Positions 35,300-45,118 of a DNA stretch of 64,000 bases are shown one piece after another. Under the pieces are notes generated by a model that had not been told where the DNA came from, did no database searches, and worked only from the letters and a program-made list of their open reading frames with translations. The translations under genes were made by a program, and so were the position numbers. The first letter of the stretch is position 1. The number at the start of each line of letters is the position of its first letter. Location: contig JANPMG010000002.1 of assembly GCA_031422675.1 (NCBI GenBank), positions 4,379-68,378 of the forward strand, written 5' to 3'. This DNA comes from Acidimicrobiia bacterium (GTDB taxonomy: Bacteria > Actinomycetota > Acidimicrobiia > IMCC26256 > JAENVU01).

Positions 35300-36640
35300 A
35301 TGCCACGCCCGGTGAAGGTCACGATGCTCGGCGCGGGGAGCATGTTTACGCCCGAGTTGGCGAAGGATCTGTTCCTCATCCCGGGCAACGTCGGCGGCAC
35401 CGTGGCGCTCGTGGATATCGACGAGGGTCGGCTCTCCACCATGGCGAAGTTGGTGGAACTTCTGGCCGAAGAGTTGGGGGTGGCCGACCGTTGGACGGTG
35501 GTGGCCACCGTCGACCGGCTCGCCGTACTGGCCGGGACGGATTACCTCGTCAACTGCATCGAGGTGTCCGGGGTGGACTGCGTGGGGTTCGACTCCGACA
35601 TTCCCGCGTCGTACGGCGTGGACCAGTGCATCGGCGACACCATCGGCCCGGGTGGTGTGTTCAAGGCGCTGCGCACCATCCCCGTGTGGCTCGAGGTGTT
35701 GGCCGATGTCGAACGGCTCTGCCCCCGCGCGTTGGTTCTGAACTACACGAACCCGATGAGCATGATGTGTCTCGCGGCCGCTCGGACGTCGCCGGTGACG
35801 GTGCTCGGCCTGTGTCATTCCGTGCAGGCGACGAGCCGGGTGCTGGCCGCGCGCGCCGGGATTCGGTGGTCTCAGCTCACGTGGGAATGCGCGGGGATCA
35901 ACCATCTGAGCTGGTTCACGCGGTTGGAACACGACGGAGTGGATCTCTACCCGCAGTTGATGGCGCGGGCCCGGCGTGACCTGGCGGGCGACCCCACGGA
36001 AGAGTGGGACGCGGGCGATCTGGTGCGCAAGGACATGATGATCCATTTCGGGGCGTTCATCACCGAGAGCAGTGGCCACCTGTCCGAGTATCTGCCGTAC
36101 TACCGGACCCGATCCGAGATCCAGCAGCGGTACTGCGGCGCGGAGTACGACGGTGAGTCGTTCTTCTACGCCACCAACTGGCCGCAATGGCGGGTCAACG
36201 CAGACGCGGCGCGAGACCGGATGCTCGCCGGTGAAGAACCGGTGATCGCGAAACGTTCGTGGGAGTACGCGACCTGGATCATCGAGGCGCGCGAGAAGAA
36301 TGTCCCGTACAGCATCAACGCGAATGTCCCCAATCGCGGCGGGTTGATCGACAACCTCGCGCACGACGGCATCGTGGAGGTCGCCACCATGATCGACCGC
36401 ACCGGCGCGCGACCCACCCGGTACGGAGCGCTGCCGGTGCAGATGGCCGCGATCTGCGCATCGAACATGCCCACCTACGACCTGGCCGCGCGCGCAGCCG
36501 TGGAGCGGTCGAAGGACGCCGCGATCCTCGCGGTGACCTTGGACCCGTTGACGTCCGCCGTGTGCAGCCCGGCCGAGATCCGCGCCATGGTCCTCGAACT
36601 CTTCGACGCCGAAGCCGCGTACCTGGCCGGCTACTCCTGA
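35300..36640 (+). CDS. Glycoside hydrolase family 4 (NAD+/Mn2+-dependent alpha-glucosidase/galactosidase type)
   Basis: ATG 35300 follows gggggaga. VKVTMLGAGSMFTP (Rossmann fold), NYTNPM, GLCHSV and INHLSWF. Confidence 0.9.
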   Translation: MPRPVKVTMLGAGSMFTPELAKDLFLIPGNVGGTVALVDIDEGRLSTMAKLVELLAEELGVADRWTVVATVDRLAVLAGTDYLVNCIEVSGVDCVGFDSDIPASYGVDQCIGDTIGPGGVFKALRTIPVWLEVLADVERLCPRALVLNYTNPMSMMCLAAARTSPVTVLGLCHSVQATSRVLAARAGIRWSQLTWECAGINHLSWFTRLEHDGVDLYPQLMARARRDLAGDPTEEWDAGDLVRKDMMIHFGAFITESSGHLSEYLPYYRTRSEIQQRYCGAEYDGESFFYATNWPQWRVNADAARDRMLAGEEPVIAKRSWEYATWIIEAREKNVPYSINANVPNRGGLIDNLAHDGIVEVATMIDRTGARPTRYGALPVQMAAICASNMPTYDLAARAAVERSKDAAILAVTLDPLTSAVCSPAEIRAMVLELFDAEAAYLAGYS

Positions 36641-37673
36641 TGCCGGCCTCCGTGTCCGAATCGACTCCAACCCGTCGATCCCGGCCCCGTGTCCGCGCGC
36701 TCGCGGTCTCGGCCGTGACGGTGCTCGCCGACGCACCGGCCACGCCGATCCGTGACCAGGGCATTGATGGAGCTCCGCGTGCAGGACGTCGGGCGCCGTC
36801 CGGTGCCGCTCGGCCTCTACTCGCGAGACGGATGGAGTCACCCGGGGCCGCTCGTGTTCTACACGTTGGCGATTCCGTACCAGATCTTCGGGAGTTCCAC
36901 CTCGGCGATGGTCGTCGGTGCGCCGTGACGCGGCGGTCCTGCGCCTCGCGGCGGTGGTCGCCGGCGTGATGATGCTCGGCGTCGTTTCGGTCGCCCGGAC
37001 AATCGGTGTGATGTACGAGTACCGCCTCCTCTGGACCTGGGTCGTGGGCGCGCTGGCGATGGCGGTCGTCGGTTGGGTCGCGTGGAATGAGCTCCGGCGC
37101 CGCTGGCCGCAGAGTGATTCCTGGATCAGCGTCCTCGCCCTCGTTGCGGTCGCCGCGCTCGGCGTGGCCCAGGTCGTCGCGGTGAGCAACCAACCGACGT
37201 CGGACTGGGACTCTCGTCGCGGCGCGCGGTGGTGCGTCAGTTGATCCCCACGTTGGCGCGCGACGGCGCCGGTCAGGTTGTGCTGGGCGCAGACCACCGA
37301 CGGCGAGTGGTACCTCCAGGGGCTGCTGCTCGACCTCCGAAAGCGTGGGTTCGACGCGCGCGTACGCGGTATTGGCGCCGGCCTGTATCCCGACCATCTC
37401 GTGGTCGACTCAGGGCCGGTACGTGAACGGCTCGTGGTGTTGGCGGCGTCCGATATCAACAAGCTGGGCTTCGCTCGCGCCCGGCGCGTGATCGCCTACG
37501 GCGGTCCGTTGCCCTTGCGTCGCCAGATCGAGATGCTGCGGGCGCGCGATGTGAAGGCGCAGCGGCTCCTCGACCGGTTCGCGGCCGGCGCGATCACCCG
37601 GCCGGAGCTCGAACGGCGGGCCGAGCGCTTGGCGATCACGACCCCCGCCGCGGTCGCGATCGTGCGGGCGTGA
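36640..37673 (+). pseudogene. Decayed membrane-protein gene (multiple frameshifts and an in-frame stop)
   Basis: Protein-like segments lie in at least three frames. The first runs from ATG 36640, overlapping the GH4 stop. The second, MELRVQDVGRRPVPLGLYSRDGWSHPGPLVFYTLAIPYQIFGSSTSAMVVGA, ends at about 36928. A TM-rich segment covers 36918..37244. VRQLIPTLARDGAGQVVLGA is in another frame. The last segment, 37278..37673, shares the frame of 36918 but follows TGA 37242. Confidence 0.45.
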
Positions 37674-37720
37674 CCGCACCGGATGCAGCTGAATGAACGG
37701 TGCTGCCGATCATGCGCCGG

Positions 37721-38946
37721 TCAGTACGACTTCGGCAGGCCGAGCGATTGCTGCGCGACGAAGTTCAGCACCATCTCGGCGCTGACCGGCGCGATCCGGA
37801 GCAGTCGCACCATCCCCCAGAGATCGGCGAGCCCGTACTCGGTCGCCAGTCCGTTGCCCCCGTGGGTCTGGATCGCGGCATCGAGCGCGTGCAGCCCGGC
37901 CTCGGCCGCCGCGTACTTGGCCATGTTCGCGGCCTCCGCCCCCGCCTCATGGGTCCTGCGCCCGGTGCTCTCGGGGCCGGTGCCGGTCATCTCTAGCCGG
38001 TCCCGGTGCGGCGTGCGGCGGTGTTCTGGTCGTGGAGCCAGGCCGCCTTGAGGGTCATGAGCCGGGCGAGTTCGAGTTCGATCTTTGCGGCCGCGAGCGG
38101 ATGCGCGATGCCTTGGTGGCGGCCGATCGGCGTCCCCCATACCTCGCGTTCGTTCGCGTACGCCGCCGCCTTCTCGAGCGCGTAGCGGCCGATGCCCGTG
38201 CAGATTGCAGCACCCATGATGCGTTCGGGGTTCAAACCGACGAACACCTGGCGAAGCCCTTCACCCTCGGCGCCGAGCAGCCGATCGGCGGGTACCTCCA
38301 CGTTGTCGAAGAACAGGGTGAACTGCTTCTCCGGACTCCTGATCTCCATCGGGATCAGGGTCCGCTCGAGCCCGGGCGAGTCGGTGTCGACGACGAAGAG
38401 CGACAACCGAGCCCGGCCCGAGCCGGGATTGGTGCCCGTGCGGGTGACGACCACCATCGCGTCGGCCTCGTCCACGCCGGAGATGTAGGTCTTCGAGCCG
38501 TTGAGCCGGTAGACGTCTCCGTCCCGAGTGGCGGTGGTGGCGATGTTGTGGCTGTTCGAACCCGCGTCCGGTTCGGTGATCGCGAACACCATCTTCTTGC
38601 CGGCCGCCATCGGTCGTAGCCACGCGTCTTTCTGTTCGCCGGTCCCGAAGGTGGCGATGAGTTCGCCACAGATGGCCGGCGAAACGAGGATCAGCAGCAG
38701 CGGGCACCCCTGTGCCGCAAGCTCCTCACAGACGATGGCGAGTTCGACCATGCCACCCCCGCCGCCGTCGTACTCCTCGGGCAAGGCGACGCCGAGGAAA
38801 CCGAGCTCGCCGATGGCGTCCCAGAGTTCGGTGGTGCGGCCGTCGGTCCGAGACTTCGCCGCGAAGTACTCATGCCCGTACCGCGCGGCGATGTCGCGCA
38901 CCGCGGCGCGCAACATCTCATGTTCGGAACTCTCGGCGAAGTCCAT
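37721..38946 (-). pseudogene. Acyl-CoA dehydrogenase split by a stop and frame change near codon 317
   Basis: The N-terminal and middle domains (37993..38946; FAITEPDAGSN, GSKTYISG) end at TAG 37995-37993. The C-terminal helical domain (AEAANMAKYAAAEAG...QTHGGNGLATEYGLADLW...SAEMVLNFVAQ) continues in another frame, with ATG 37990 only 2 nt after the stop. TGTG is encoded on both sides of the junction. Confidence 0.6.
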
Positions 38947-39047
38947 CGGTATCCTCGGTGCGAACGGCGGATGCGCGTGATGCGACCGACGAGAAGATAC
39001 GACGTGCCCGCACCCCAGACGGGCCCGCTGCCTGTGGAGGAAGCGAC

Positions 39048-39839
39048 GTGCCGGTTGACCTCATGATGCTCGTGAAGGATCTCGAGACCGAGACGGCCGA
39101 ACTGGATCGAGTGCTCGCGGGCCTCGACGCGCACGGATGGGAGCTGCCGACCCCGGCCCCCGGGTGGCGGATCCAGGAGCAGATCGCCCACTTGGCCTAC
39201 TTCGACGAAGCGGCCACGACCGCGGCCACCGATCCTGATCAGTTCCAGCGTGAGCTGATCGAGGCGCTCGAGGATCCCGACGGCATCACCGAGCGCATCA
39301 GCCGGCGAGCGCGGGCGATGTCACCCGCCGAGGTGGCGGCGTGGTTCGCAAGCGCGCGCGCCGCGATGATCGAGACGTTTCTCGCGCTCGACGCTTCGAC
39401 ACGGGTGCCTTGGTACGGGCCGCCGATGAGTGTTGCGTCGTCGCTTACCGCCCGGATCATGGAGACCTGGGCGCACGGTCAGGACATCTTCGACGCGCGG
39501 GGCGAATCGCATCCGCCCACCGGCGCGCTGCGTCACGTCGCCCATATCGGCGTGTCGACGTTCGGCAACTCGTACGTGACCCGAGGGCTCGATGTTCCCG
39601 ACACGCGGGTGTTCGTGGATCTCCGGGGTCCCGACGGTTCGGTGTGGACCTGGGGCGACCCGACCGCCGACGAACGGGTCTGGGGCCGGGCGGAGGACTT
39701 CGCCCTGGTGGTTACGCAACGGCGTCACGTCGACGACACCGAACTCGAGACTCAGGGATCGGTGGCCGCGGAGTGGATGACGATCGCGCAGGCGTTCGCC
39801 GGACCACCCGGCGCCGGTCGCGCGTCGTCGAGCAGTTGA
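39048..39839 (+). CDS. DinB/MDMPI-like (mycothiol maleylpyruvate isomerase N-terminal domain, TIGR03084-like) protein
   Basis: GTG 39048 follows the RBS ggagga. WRIQEQIAHLAYFDE...TARIMETWAHGQDI... Confidence 0.7.
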   Translation: MPVDLMMLVKDLETETAELDRVLAGLDAHGWELPTPAPGWRIQEQIAHLAYFDEAATTAATDPDQFQRELIEALEDPDGITERISRRARAMSPAEVAAWFASARAAMIETFLALDASTRVPWYGPPMSVASSLTARIMETWAHGQDIFDARGESHPPTGALRHVAHIGVSTFGNSYVTRGLDVPDTRVFVDLRGPDGSVWTWGDPTADERVWGRAEDFALVVTQRRHVDDTELETQGSVAAEWMTIAQAFAGPPGAGRASSSS

Positions 39840-39852
39840 GGACGGCGCGGCG

Positions 39853-41145
39853 TCACGCGACGGGTTCGACCGAGAGCCGGCTGACCGTCGGGAACGCGCA
39901 GTAGTAGAGATCGCGCCCGAAACCGGGAGCAAGGAACACCACGCTCTGGAGCGGACTCCCGGTCTCGGCCCGAGCGCGCTCCTCGCCAGTCTCGATGTCG
40001 AGCACCACGATGTGATCCATCATCCGATCACCGTCGTGGTCGGCGGTGACGATCTCACCGGTGTCCGGATAGAGCAGTGGGTGGCACGCATGGTTCTGCT
40101 CACGTTGCCAACGCGGCGTGCACGTGCCATCGGGCTCGATGTCGAACGCAGCCAGGATTCCGTTCCCGCTGTCGTACCCGACGGCGATCGCGCGGCTGAC
40201 GTCGATCGCAGGTGGGTTGGCCACGATGCCGCGAGGGAGTCCACAGATCTCGGTGAGCGTGACCGTCGCGGTGGCGAGGTCGACGCGCACCAGGTGGAGG
40301 GGTGCGTCCGAGACGCCTCGCCCGCGAAACGTGCCGGCGTACCCCTCGCTTCCCGCACCGTTGTCGAGGAACCACGCCGCGTCGTCCGTGAGCACGGCGT
40401 CCCAGCCGTAGGTCTGGCCCGGAACTATTCGGTACCGAGGCCGGAACGTGTCGTCGAGCGTGAGGTGCGTTCCGTTCCAGCGGGCGCGCCAGAGGTGCGT
40501 GTCACCCACCACGTAGATGGTGTCGCCGTCGGCGGACAGCCGCGCAATCGAACGCTCGGGGATCGTGACGCGACCTCCGATCGCGAGGGTTTCCGGGTTG
40601 ATCACGAGGAGTTCGCAGGAGTCGTCGCCCGTCATCTCGACGCCGGCCGGCAGCACGCCGCCGAAATCCTTCAGGGCCAGCGCGCCGTCGGGCAGGATCA
40701 CGAAGCTGTTGTACGGCCGATCACGCGGGAGTTCGGTCGAGCCCGTCACCGCGAGGTCGGCGCCGAGCCGGTGCAGGTGACGCCCGAAGGCAACGTAGAG
40801 CGAGCCGTTCGCGTGCGCCGCGATCCCGCCCGGCCAGGTCTTGCCGCCCGGCAGGTCGATCGAGCGCGCAATGAGTTCGAGCGAGACCGGATCGATCTGT
40901 TCCACCCAGGCCACGGCATCGTTCCCTCCCGTATGACAGAGGAGGTACACCTCGCCCGGGTCGCGCAGCACCACCATCGTGGCCACGACGGCATCGCGCG
41001 CCGTGACGGACAGGTACTCCGCCGGGGTGATCGCGAGCCCGTCACCCGAGCGGGGGATCGCAGTCCGGCGCGGCCCGCCGTCCTCGCCCGGCCATCGATT
41101 CGGCCAGTAACCCGGCGATAAATCCGGCGAGGAACCGCTCGCCAT
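39853..41145 (-). CDS. Hypothetical beta-propeller-like protein
   Basis: About 430 aa from ATG 41145, with beta-rich repeats (VYLLCHTGGND, GSLYVAFGRHLHRLG, DTIYVVGDTHLWRARW, GILAAFDIEPDG). No catalytic motif recognised. Confidence 0.65.
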   Translation of the reverse strand: MASGSSPDLSPGYWPNRWPGEDGGPRRTAIPRSGDGLAITPAEYLSVTARDAVVATMVVLRDPGEVYLLCHTGGNDAVAWVEQIDPVSLELIARSIDLPGGKTWPGGIAAHANGSLYVAFGRHLHRLGADLAVTGSTELPRDRPYNSFVILPDGALALKDFGGVLPAGVEMTGDDSCELLVINPETLAIGGRVTIPERSIARLSADGDTIYVVGDTHLWRARWNGTHLTLDDTFRPRYRIVPGQTYGWDAVLTDDAAWFLDNGAGSEGYAGTFRGRGVSDAPLHLVRVDLATATVTLTEICGLPRGIVANPPAIDVSRAIAVGYDSGNGILAAFDIEPDGTCTPRWQREQNHACHPLLYPDTGEIVTADHDGDRMMDHIVVLDIETGEERARAETGSPLQSVVFLAPGFGRDLYYCAFPTVSRLSVEPVA

Positions 41146-41266
41146 GTCCGAAATATTCACGGACCGATCCTCGCAGAAGAGGGGCGGCGCGGAAGAACGT
41201 TGGAGATCGTTGACCCCGGAGAGGCCCCGTGGTTGACTCATCCGGCGGGCGGGAAAGGACGATCGG

Positions 41267-42148
41267 ATGATGTGGTTCCGCGCGCCGCGCCGGGTGCGAC
41301 CGATGTACGGATCGGCGCGTTTCCTGGTGACGTCCTCGTTGCTCGCGGCGGTCGTCGCCATCCCGCCCGCGACGTTCCGGACTTTTCCGAACCCCTGGTC
41401 CGGTGGCGTCGGCGGCCGAGGAGTGCTGACCCCGGACGACGACGATTCCTACCGCTACACGAGTTCGAGCGGAACCATGGATGCGGCTGCGCTGCCCTCG
41501 AACCGGTCCGCGAACTTGCGCGCGGTGTTCTGGCCATCGCACGCAGTCGCCGCGCGCGACCAGCAGAGCTGTGCCACGTGGGCGTCCGAATCGACGTGGC
41601 GAGCCCAACAGGGCGCGGCGCTGCGAGTCGATGTCGAGCGCAGCGGCGCCATCCACGCGATCACCGTCACCAAGAACGTCTGGTACGGCGCAACGTGGAT
41701 CTTCAACGTTCATGTGTGGAACTCGGCGACGGTGCCCGCGCTCCGACAGGTCGGTGTCTTCAACCTTGAACGGGTCTTTCGCGGCCGCGACGGTCTCGGT
41801 GTCCCACTGCCGTGGAGACTCTGTGCCCGCGTGGTGGGCGATGTTCTCGATTTCAAGGTATGGCGGCTCCCCGGATCGGAGCCCGCGTGGGGTGATGCCA
41901 CTCACGGCGGACGGGTGTCGGTTCCGATGGATGCGCCGCGTTCGGGGTTCACCGGCTGGTACATCGGCCACCTCCCGGCCGGAGGGAGCGCGTCCTTCAC
42001 CGGGCTCGGGACCTGGTCCTTGCCGAGCGGCGCCTCGAGTTCGAGACTCGCGTCCGCGTTGGCGGCGCGCCAGTCCCGGGCAATTTTTGGATCGGTTTCG
42101 GCGCCGGGGTCGAGCATCGTGATCCGACAGCCGACCGGCGTGGGCTGA
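41267..42148 (+). CDS. Secreted hypothetical protein
   Basis: Signal-like N-terminus (MYGSARFLVTSSLLAAVVAIPPA; an alternative start is ATG 41303). The Trp-rich body includes ITVTKNVWYGATWIFNVHVWNS. No family recognised. Confidence 0.6.
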   Translation: MMWFRAPRRVRPMYGSARFLVTSSLLAAVVAIPPATFRTFPNPWSGGVGGRGVLTPDDDDSYRYTSSSGTMDAAALPSNRSANLRAVFWPSHAVAARDQQSCATWASESTWRAQQGAALRVDVERSGAIHAITVTKNVWYGATWIFNVHVWNSATVPALRQVGVFNLERVFRGRDGLGVPLPWRLCARVVGDVLDFKVWRLPGSEPAWGDATHGGRVSVPMDAPRSGFTGWYIGHLPAGGSASFTGLGTWSLPSGASSSRLASALAARQSRAIFGSVSAPGSSIVIRQPTGVG

Positions 42149-42175
42149 ACGGAACATCCAGGACCCGACGGTCGC

Positions 42176-43246
42176 ATGGAGCCCTCCTGGCGCGGCCCGG
42201 AGAATGCGAGACTCCCTGCCATGACTGCCGACATTGACATCGTGCGTCGCCGGCTGCGCGAGGCCGGGGCATCCGAGGCAGACCTCGAAGTGGCGACCAC
42301 CCTGGAGCAGATGTACCGCCTCGCCGGTGATCTGGGCAACCGCCCGCTCGGTGAGCAGCTCAGCGTGCGCGAGCTCGCCACTCGCGCCGACGTCGACGTC
42401 GACGTGGTCCAGCGGTTTCTGCGCGCGGCCGGTTTGGCCGCCGACGACCTCGACGTCCGAGTGTGGTATTCCTCGGACGCCGAATGGATTCGGGCTGCCA
42501 ATGCTGCTCGCCGCGCGTTCGGCGACGAGGCGATTTCGGTCATCCTTCGCCGTTCCGGGGCGGCAATGTCGCAGGTCTCGACCGCGGCGTCCTCGGTGTT
42601 CCGCGTCAACCTCGTCGATGCGGAGACGCTGGACCCCATGACGATTGTGGAACGGAATCTTGCGACCCGACCGTTGATCGACGCGTTGGTCCTGACGCTC
42701 TCACAGCTCTACCGCTACCACTCGCGTCTTTCGTTCCGGGACGACACCGTCGCGGCCGGAACGTTCGGTGAACTGCGCACGATGACCGTGGGGTTCGTCG
42801 ATCTCGCATCGTCGACGGAACTCGGTGCTCGGTTGAGCGCCGCGGATCTGGCGCGTTCGATCAACGACTTCAACCGCGCCGCGTTCGACGCGTCCACTCG
42901 GCATGGCGCGCGTCTCGTCAAGACGATCGGGGACGAAGTGATGCTGAGCGCGCTCGACCCGAACGCGGTGTGTCGCGCCGCGCTGGCCCTCGTGACGTTC
43001 AGTCATGAACACCCGACGTTCACCAACGCGCGTGGTGGGATCGCGCACGGTGACGTCTTGGACCAAGACGGAGACTGTTACGGACCGGTCGTCAACCGGG
43101 CGGCGCGGTTCGCGGCGTCAGCCCCGGATGGCAGTGTCATGATCGACGCCGCGGCGAGGCTGCTCGCGCCGGATCTCACGGCGACCGCCTGGCCCGCGAT
43201 CGAACATCGGGGGATCGGCGTCGTGGAGTGGTTCGCCGTCGCGTAG
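42176..43246 (+). CDS. Class III adenylate/guanylate cyclase with an N-terminal helical (HTH-like) region
   Basis: Cyclase core MTVGFVDLASSTELG...LVKTIGDEVML...YGPVVNRAARFA. The N-terminus has LSVRELATRADVDVDVVQRFLRAAGL. An alternative start is ATG 42221. Confidence 0.85.
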   Translation: MEPSWRGPENARLPAMTADIDIVRRRLREAGASEADLEVATTLEQMYRLAGDLGNRPLGEQLSVRELATRADVDVDVVQRFLRAAGLAADDLDVRVWYSSDAEWIRAANAARRAFGDEAISVILRRSGAAMSQVSTAASSVFRVNLVDAETLDPMTIVERNLATRPLIDALVLTLSQLYRYHSRLSFRDDTVAAGTFGELRTMTVGFVDLASSTELGARLSAADLARSINDFNRAAFDASTRHGARLVKTIGDEVMLSALDPNAVCRAALALVTFSHEHPTFTNARGGIAHGDVLDQDGDCYGPVVNRAARFAASAPDGSVMIDAAARLLAPDLTATAWPAIEHRGIGVVEWFAVA

Positions 43247-43267
43247 AACGCCGAGCCATACGTTGCG

Positions 43268-44341
43268 TCAAAGACGTAGTTGCGCACCGCCGGTGATGAG
43301 CGGCAAATCGAGCGGACTCACCGGTCCCGACGGCGCGTCGCACACTGCGGGAATGGCATTCACGATGCGGTTGGCCGCGCTGGCGTTCCCGCCGCCGGCC
43401 GCACCGGGTTCGCCCGGTTCCGTGCCGTGCACGGTGACGGTCAAGTTGGGATGTCCGCTCAGTACGACCCGGTGTTCGCCGCCGGGCGAACTCGACGTCG
43501 GCCAGTCGGGCGCACAGTCGTCGTCGATGCGCGTGACGTGTTCCACCACGAGCGGCGCGCGATCACCGACCATGGCGCGCACCTCGAACCGGAACGCACC
43601 TTGCGTGCCGGCATCGAAGGTACCCATTCCCGGAACGTCGATCGTGCGCGCCAACGGACGACGGTCGACGTGGGTGGTCACCGCGTCCAGTTCCAGGTGG
43701 AGGAAGTCGGCGAGGACCCGCAGCATCGGGGCCCACACCATCTGGAGTGAGAAGTCGAGCAACATCAGCGGCGTCTCGTCCATCGGGCCGCCGAAGCCGA
43801 TCACCTCTCGGACGACGGCAGGCTGGTCGTAGAGCGCGTAGTTGAAGAGTTCTTGGACCCGGATCTCGGTGATCCCCGCACCGACCCCGCTCACGAGGAC
43901 CGGCAGGATGTCCAGTGCCCAACCGGGGTCGATGCCCGACACGAACACGGATGCATTCCCACGCGCGCACGCCGGCTCGACGACGTCGAGCAACTCGCGA
44001 GGCGCGCTCGCCGGGTGCAACAAGGGATAGAAGGACGTCGACACCACGTTGACGCCCGCCTCGAGACACTGCAACAGATCCGCGTAGGCCGCGTCGGGTC
44101 GAGTGTCGGCGGTCGCGGTGTAGACCACCGCGTCGACGTCGGCGGCGAGAGCAGCCTGCGTGTCGTCGGTGGCCACGACACCGAGCGGCGCGATTCCCGC
44201 GAGTTCGCCGGCATCGCGTCCCACCTTCTCGGGGGAGGACACCACAGCGCCCACCAACTCGAGGTCCCGATGCGCCGCAACCGCGCGGATCGCCGGCCGG
44301 CCCACGTTGCCGGTGCCCCACACCACGACTCGGCGGTTCAC
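43268..44341 (-). CDS. NAD(P)-binding DapB-N-domain-like oxidoreductase (dihydrodipicolinate reductase / diaminopentanoate dehydrogenase-like)
   Basis: GTG 44341 overlaps the upstream TGA as GTGA. RVVVWGTGNVGRPAIRAV (Rossmann fold)...NVVSTSF...SGIDPGWA. Confidence 0.75.
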   Translation of the reverse strand: MNRRVVVWGTGNVGRPAIRAVAAHRDLELVGAVVSSPEKVGRDAGELAGIAPLGVVATDDTQAALAADVDAVVYTATADTRPDAAYADLLQCLEAGVNVVSTSFYPLLHPASAPRELLDVVEPACARGNASVFVSGIDPGWALDILPVLVSGVGAGITEIRVQELFNYALYDQPAVVREVIGFGGPMDETPLMLLDFSLQMVWAPMLRVLADFLHLELDAVTTHVDRRPLARTIDVPGMGTFDAGTQGAFRFEVRAMVGDRAPLVVEHVTRIDDDCAPDWPTSSSPGGEHRVVLSGHPNLTVTVHGTEPGEPGAAGGGNASAANRIVNAIPAVCDAPSGPVSPLDLPLITGGAQLRL

Positions 44342-44943
44342 GGTGTCAAGCTCTGCGTTGGGGCTCCCGCCGGGGTGCGCGGCCGCGCGTCCGCGGCCTG
44401 CACGGCGCGAATCACGTCGTCGCCGATGGGGAGTGGCGCACAGCCGTGGGTCTTCTCGCAGACGAGGTCGAACTTGCCCTGCGCCGCGGCGTGGCACGCG
44501 AAACAGTTGCCGCCGAACCGGTTGACCACTTCTTCGCCGCCGCGGGTGTCGATCCTGGTTCCGGTGGAATCGGTGGTGAGGAAGAAGAACTCCCAGTCCT
44601 TGGTCTTCGGGTTGAACCCGGGCCGCCGCTTGACCATCGCCTCTTGCGGGACGAGTTGGATCACACTGCCGACGGGATATTTCCCGCCGGTGGTCGAGTT
44701 GGCGACGGCGAGGGTCGCCTTCAGGTTGCCGAGTGGGTTGGAGACGAAGAACCCGCGGACGGGGGTCATGTCCTTGAGGTTCACGAAGTCGGCGGCCGAC
44801 ATGTTGATGTCTTCGATCGGCTCGGGTGTTTCCACCCGGGGTGCGGTCTTGGGTGCGTCCGAGCCGCACCCGCCGATGACCAAAAAGATCGCGAAACAGA
44901 GCGCGGCGAGCGACAGCCAGGCGGGGCGAAGTGCGGAACGCAT
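44338..44943 (-). CDS. Lipoprotein with a cytochrome P460-like domain and a CxxCH heme-binding motif
   Basis: ATG 44943 follows GGAGGA. The lipobox is LVIGGCGS. YPVGSVIQLVPQE...KDWEFFFL...GGNCFACHAAA. Confidence 0.7.
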   Translation of the reverse strand: MRSALRPAWLSLAALCFAIFLVIGGCGSDAPKTAPRVETPEPIEDINMSAADFVNLKDMTPVRGFFVSNPLGNLKATLAVANSTTGGKYPVGSVIQLVPQEAMVKRRPGFNPKTKDWEFFFLTTDSTGTRIDTRGGEEVVNRFGGNCFACHAAAQGKFDLVCEKTHGCAPLPIGDDVIRAVQAADARPRTPAGAPTQSLTP

Positions 44944-45118
44944 GAAGTCCTCCGAGGTTCCGCCACCGGTGGGGGCGGGCCGCGGAGCGTATCGGCGGGC
45001 CCGTGTCGGCACGGTGTCCGACGCGATTGGGTGATATTTGCTCCCCTGCCCCCCTGCACGTAGGTTGTCGCTTACGGGACGGTTTGTAAGTTTCGGTGGT
45101 GAGTGGCGGGAGGAACCC

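Noticed and set aside
37242-37244. In-frame TGA joining ORFs 36918..37244 and 37278..37673 considered as recoding.
   Set aside because: The surrounding gene shows several additional frame changes, and the best protein-like reading across this point is in another frame. This fits a pseudogene or indel errors.
33161-37462. 1433-aa ORF on the minus strand, and similar very long ORFs: 14583..17612(-), 25798..28116(+), 29563..32460(+), 53219..55933(+), 18448..20718(+), 43268..45862(-) upstream part, and 11016..14180(-) upstream part.
   Set aside because: They are extremely Arg/Pro/Gly-rich with low-complexity translations, and they run antisense or out of frame to genes with clear conserved motifs. 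This is the typical open-frame artefact of high-GC DNA. Only the motif-bearing portions were kept.
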